64,000 bases of DNA, taken from NCBI RefSeq assembly GCF_028641065.1, contig NC_073412.1:310001-374000 (forward strand), given 5' to 3'. The translations under genes and the position numbers were made by a program. The DNA is from Leucoraja erinacea. Taxonomy: Eukaryota. Positions 59,630 through 64,000 of this stretch are shown here, one piece after another (the stretch's first letter is position 1; the number at the start of each line of letters is the position of its first letter). The notes beneath the pieces are model-generated. The model searched no databases. It worked only from the letters and a program-made list of their open reading frames with translations, and had not been told where the DNA came from.

Positions 59630-59830
59630 CTCTCACCGCCAGCCAAATGAGGTCTTGGTGTTTGGTCGTGAGGCCTGGTGGAGGCATTTCAGCGGACAAA
59701 CTGGGCAGTCTGCTCAGAGAAACACGTCACAAGATTCATCAAGTCCTTGTCCCTCAGGATGCCCCATGCTGATCACTGCCTGAGTGACATGGTAAAGGTG
59801 TTGGTCTGGAAGAACTTTTCCAATTGAATG
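59630..59830 (-). mobile_element. Possible L1/Tx1-like LINE ORF2 relic
   Basis: Stop-interrupted minus-strand peptides EKFFQTNTF...FSEQTAQFV...KHQDLIWLAVR; family assignment from recall only. Confidence 0.4.
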
Positions 59831-61594
59831 TATTGAATTAAATGCTTATGATGTCATCTCCTCTGTATTGGAGAAAGCAAGGGAACATTGGATGATTGGT
59901 TTGCAGGACACCACTGTTCAAGGGTGACCATGAGCTAAAAATTGCCTGTTACTTTAATGTCTGTCCCACTCCCAAAGATTTCTTTTAGCTCCTACATTGC
60001 TTTAATGTAAGCTTGAGGAACAGCATCTTGTCTGCCATCCAAGCACAGAACTCCCACAGGACCTATCGGATCACCAGACTTAATGTGTAGGAAGGAACTG
60101 CAAACGTCACCTATTCCTTTGCTGCCTGACCCGTTGAGTTACTCAAGATTTTTGTGTAGATCGCCAGATTTTCCAGTTTATGTCAGATATGGCCTATTAC
60201 GATAAAAGGTCATCCTATTACACTGTTAATTCTTCTCCTCCACAGATGCTCCCTGAGTTGCTGTGTCTTTTCAGATTAATTTCAAATTTCCAAAAACCAC
60301 AGTGTGTGCATCTCCCAGTTTCGGGTAACAACTTCCTGGGCTGAGCACTCTCTGCCCATTTCCTAGCTGGGTTCTTTTGCCAAGAATCTGTTGTCTTTGG
60401 CTCTGATCTCCATCTGTCAGAAACTATTTCTGTTCATCTGAAAAGCAAAATTAATTATTTATAAACTCAGCAGCTTTCTTGGAATAGAATTAAACAGCGA
60501 GCAAAGAAAATTTGGGAAGTTTTATTGAAAGCACAAATGTTATCATTTTGGAGAGAATACCCAGCAACTGCATTGAGGCTGTCATCCAAACCTTCTTCCA
60601 TTTCATTCAAAATGTATGGTATCCCTAAGGGTGTGATATACAGGTCTCAAGAGAAAGTGAAGAAAAAATATCCAGATGGCCGGCACTGTATGTGGTTTCA
60701 TCAAGCTGTGCTCAGAGCCTGTAAAAGCCCAGACTTAATCTGCCCTCATACAACAAAACCCTCACCCCACCAATCAATCTGGTGAATATTTGTTGCACTC
60801 TCTCTATTGCAGATACATAGGGAGCTCAGACCTACGCAGAATATTGCAGTCACTCTACTTCTCTCCTCAAACAGGTTTCTCGTGCAACAGCAGGAGTTTC
60901 AACACTTTGTCCCTTCCCTCTCATCAGGTCCTCCCAGTGAAGCAGTGATTCACTTGTACTTTCTACCAAAGATCTTATAGTATTTTGTGTTCACAATCTA
61001 TTTTCACAACTAAAACCAAACATTTTGAGGAGCACGCTGTTTAGTCTGCAGCAGTGACAGTAAGTTGACGTGAGACCAATCTCACATTGTAGTTCCCAGC
61101 ACTCAATTCTGTAATCAACAATTTCAGGTTGTTGGCTCTGTCTGTGTCAGATCCGACCAAGCCTGCTGCAGATGATCTACTGCAACATTACCTCAGGTTT
61201 CCCTGTACACAGACACTGCCTAGTTGCTGACCATTTCCACATTCATCTTTTTGTTTCAATCTCCACAACAGCTAAGACCACATTTTATAGATTTCACATC
61301 TCTTTGTTTGTTCTCTCTCTAACTGCTCTCATTAATCCATCAACCTGATGCCTTTTTAAACAGCATGTCACCATGGCAACTTCTGGCCTCACCCTTTAAG
61401 AGATTTTTTTGTCAGTTCCATGCCCTCTCTCATTTTTTCTACAACTTGAAACTAAATAGTTTTCTTGCTTTTCGCGTTCTGATGAGGAGCCTTTGACTCT
61501 TTTGATAGACGCTGCCTGGTTGTTTCCAGCATTTTTATTATATTATTGCTGGTAGAATCAATAACTAGCTCCATTTTGCTGACATTGAGGAAGA

Positions 61595-61725
61595 CTGGTC
61601 TGAAGAAGGGTTTCGGCCCGAAACGTTGCCTATTTCCTTCGCTTCATAGATGCTGCTGCACCCGCTGAGTTTCTCCAGCATTTTTGTCTACCTTCGATTT
61701 GCCAGCATCTGCAGTTCCTTCTTGA
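61595..61725 (+). mobile_element. Penelope pseudo-LTR-derived element with hammerhead core and 13-bp TSD
   Basis: acattgaggaaga at 61582-61594 and 61726-61738; ggtCTGAAGAaGGGtttcggCCCGAAACGTTgcc at 61597-61630. Confidence 0.8.
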
Positions 61726-62069
61726 ACATTGAGGAAGAGGTTATTGTCCTAGCACCATGTTACTACTTCCAGTGGCGTTGTCTGCAAACTTGTAGATGGA
61801 GGTTGAACATGGAGTTTAGCCATACAGTTGTGAATGTATAAGGAGTATAGTAGGGGACTGAGAATCCTTGCAGGGCACCAGTGTTGAGTTATTGGGGGGG
61901 GGGGGGGGGGGGGGGGAGTTATTGTTGCTTATCCTCACTGATTGAGGGCTGTGAGTCAGAAAGTCAAGGATCCAGCGGTGAGGGAGGGAGGGGGGAGTAG
62001 GTGCACATTGTAATTGTAGCATGTGTCTCTCCTCAAATCCTGTTGCATTAAAGGCCAACATACTTTTTG

Positions 62070-62278
62070 CATCAAAGATAGAGACAAAATGCTGGAGTAA
62101 CTCAGTGGGACAGGCAGCATCCCTGGAGAGAAGGAATCGGTGACGTTTCGGGTCGAGACCCAGTCTGAAGAGTCACCCATTCCTTCTCTCCAGAGATGCT
62201 GCCTGTCCAGCTGAGTTACTCCAGCATTTTGTCCCTATCTTCGGTTTAAACCAGCAACTGCAGTTCCTTCCCACACAT
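62070..62278. mobile_element. Penelope-derived inverted-repeat element
   Basis: gacaaaatgctggagtaactcag...gtgac / gtcac...ctgagttactccagcattttgtc arms of about 65 bp. Confidence 0.75.
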
Positions 62279-62572
62279 ACTATTTGCATCTATAGCTTCC
62301 TGCTGAACTTTTATATTAGTTTTCAGCAATTCATATATAGATTCTGTGTATTTGTAGCTGAAGCATTTGTTTCTCCGCCCCCAGGTCTGTGTAATCCACA
62401 AGGAAGTGTCCAGGCTCACAGTGTGGAGGTGAGGCGGCGGCCGCTGCTGCTGTCCTAGGCCCCGTTGCCATGGGGACGGGCGACGGCTGCGGAGGCGCGC
62501 CTGCGCGGGAACGGCGCTTCCGGGTGTGACGGCCCAGCTTCCGCATCCGCTTGGCCGCCGCCGGCCTGCAGG

Positions 62573-62787
62573 ATGTGGCGCGTCGCTGCCGGCGTGGTGC
62601 TGCTGGCCGTCGGTCTGTTCTTCCTGCATCCCACCTGCCGCCTGGAAGCTCCACAAATACTCACACGGTTCCTCTCACACAGTCTGGCCCGCAGCTCCGC
62701 TCAACAGCCGCTGGAACAGCTACTGGCCGAGGCCTGGGATTCCATGATCAGACCGCCCAATGTGGGCTGGACCAGGGTGGCCGTGGG
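62573..62787 (+). CDS. ADPGK: ADP-dependent glucokinase, exon 1 (gene continues beyond the window)
   Basis: MWRVAAGVVLLAVGLFFLHP...LEQLLAEAWDSMIRPPNVGWTRVAVG|gtgagt matches the ADPGK N-terminus (hydrophobic leader; AW..I..P...W.RVAVG); lies in a CpG island. Confidence 0.88.
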
Positions 62788-62794
62788 GTGAGTG

Positions 62795-63245
62795 GCGGGC
62801 CGGGCCCGGCCGGGGGGGGGTGGGGAGGGGGGGGGAGGGGAGGAAGGGGTGGGGAGGGAGGGAGGGGAGGGGGAGGGAGGGGGTGGGGGCAGGGAGGGGT
62901 GGGGAGGGGGGGGGGTGGAGAGAGGGGGGGGGCAGGGAGGGGTGGGGTGGAGAGTAGAGGGAGGTGGGGAGGGGATGAGGAAGGGGGCAGGGAGGGGAGG
63001 GGAGGGGGTGGAGGGTGGAGAGTAGAGGGAGGTGGGGAGGGGGGGAGGGGAGGAGGGGGAAGGGGGGGGGGGGAGGGGGACGGAGTAGAGGAGGTGGGGA
63101 GGGATGAGGGAGGGGGTGGGACGGGTGGGGGGGAGAGGGTGGGGAGGGGTGGGGAGGGGGGGAGGAAGGGGGGGAGGGGAGGGGTGGAGATGGGTGGGGA
63201 GGGGTGGGGAGAGGTGGGATGGGTAGAGGGAGGGGCGGGTGAGAA
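62795..63245 (+). repeat. G-rich low-complexity tract at the start of ADPGK intron 1
   Basis: Dozens of G3-G10 runs (ggggagggggg). Confidence 0.85.
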
Positions 63246-64000
63246 GGGTTCAGAGAGGAGTGAGGAATGAGAGAGAGGGTGATGTGGTAAAGGAGAGTGG
63301 GTTAATGTATAGAGGGGGTAATGGGGACAGTGGGATAATGCAGAGGTGGGTGTTGGTGGGACAGAGGTTGGGGTAGGAGAGATGTATTGGGGAAACATGG
63401 GTAGTGTGGAATGGGGGTAATAAGAGTGGGCAAAGGGAAAAGTTCCCTGGGGTGGTGGGATTTTGTGGGTGGATAGTTTGGGCAGAATGGACCTACATTT
63501 TGTTGACAATGGAATGCAAGTTAATCAATTGAAGAGTACCAAATCCTTCTGAGGTTTGACAGGGTCCATGCAGGGATGGCTGCTTTCATGGCTGGGGTGT
63601 TGCAAACCATGGGTCTCATTCTCAGAATAAGCGGTTGATTGTTTAAGACACGGACGAGCAGAAACTTCTTCACCCTGAACATGAAGAGTCATTGGAATCC
63701 ATTACCCAAGGAGGCTGTCAGGTGGTCACCAAGTACATTTGAGACGACCTTGGGTAATACCAGGAATGTAAACAGAATACGCTGGAAACGCTCAGCAATT
63801 CAGGCAGAATTATGGCAAGAGTGACAGCTGACATCTTTGGATGGTGCCACTCCTAGAACTGTGTATGAAGTTGCAGACAGCAGGGTGGAGAGAACAGGTG
63901 TATGCCGAATAGAATAGGGACCAAGGTTGTCCTTTGCACATGACTTTCAGTGCAGGTGCTTTAAGTAAATCGTGTTGGAAGTCTGAAATGAAAGATGAAT

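Overview
Vertebrate genomic DNA with split genes; the repeat content (CR1, Rex1/Babar, Penelope derivatives) suggests a cartilaginous fish, probably a skate or ray (inference). Gene order: 3' part of a divergent threonyl-tRNA synthetase (TARS3-like, +), complete TM2D3 (+), complete LARP6 (-), LRRC49 (+, head-to-head with LARP6, with its 3' exons garbled and then lost in a C/T-only, N-gapped block at about 49.1-54.7 kb), a tRNA-His(GTG) (-), and ADPGK exon 1 (+). Main finding: two copies (28756-28881 and 38535-38670, both antisense in LRRC49 introns) of a roughly 130-bp TSD-flanked retroelement. Its first 54 nt fold into a minimal, P4-less HDV-like ribozyme with a CPEB3-type core, followed by a stem-loop and a (GAA)n tail. 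Also notable: 28-42 bp elements made only of terminal inverted repeats with 8-bp TSDs, many Penelope-derived elements carrying minimal hammerhead cores, and a TARS3 copy that has changed tRNA-contact residues while keeping Zn/ATP/Thr residues. All homology comparisons are from recalled reference sequences; no searches were run.
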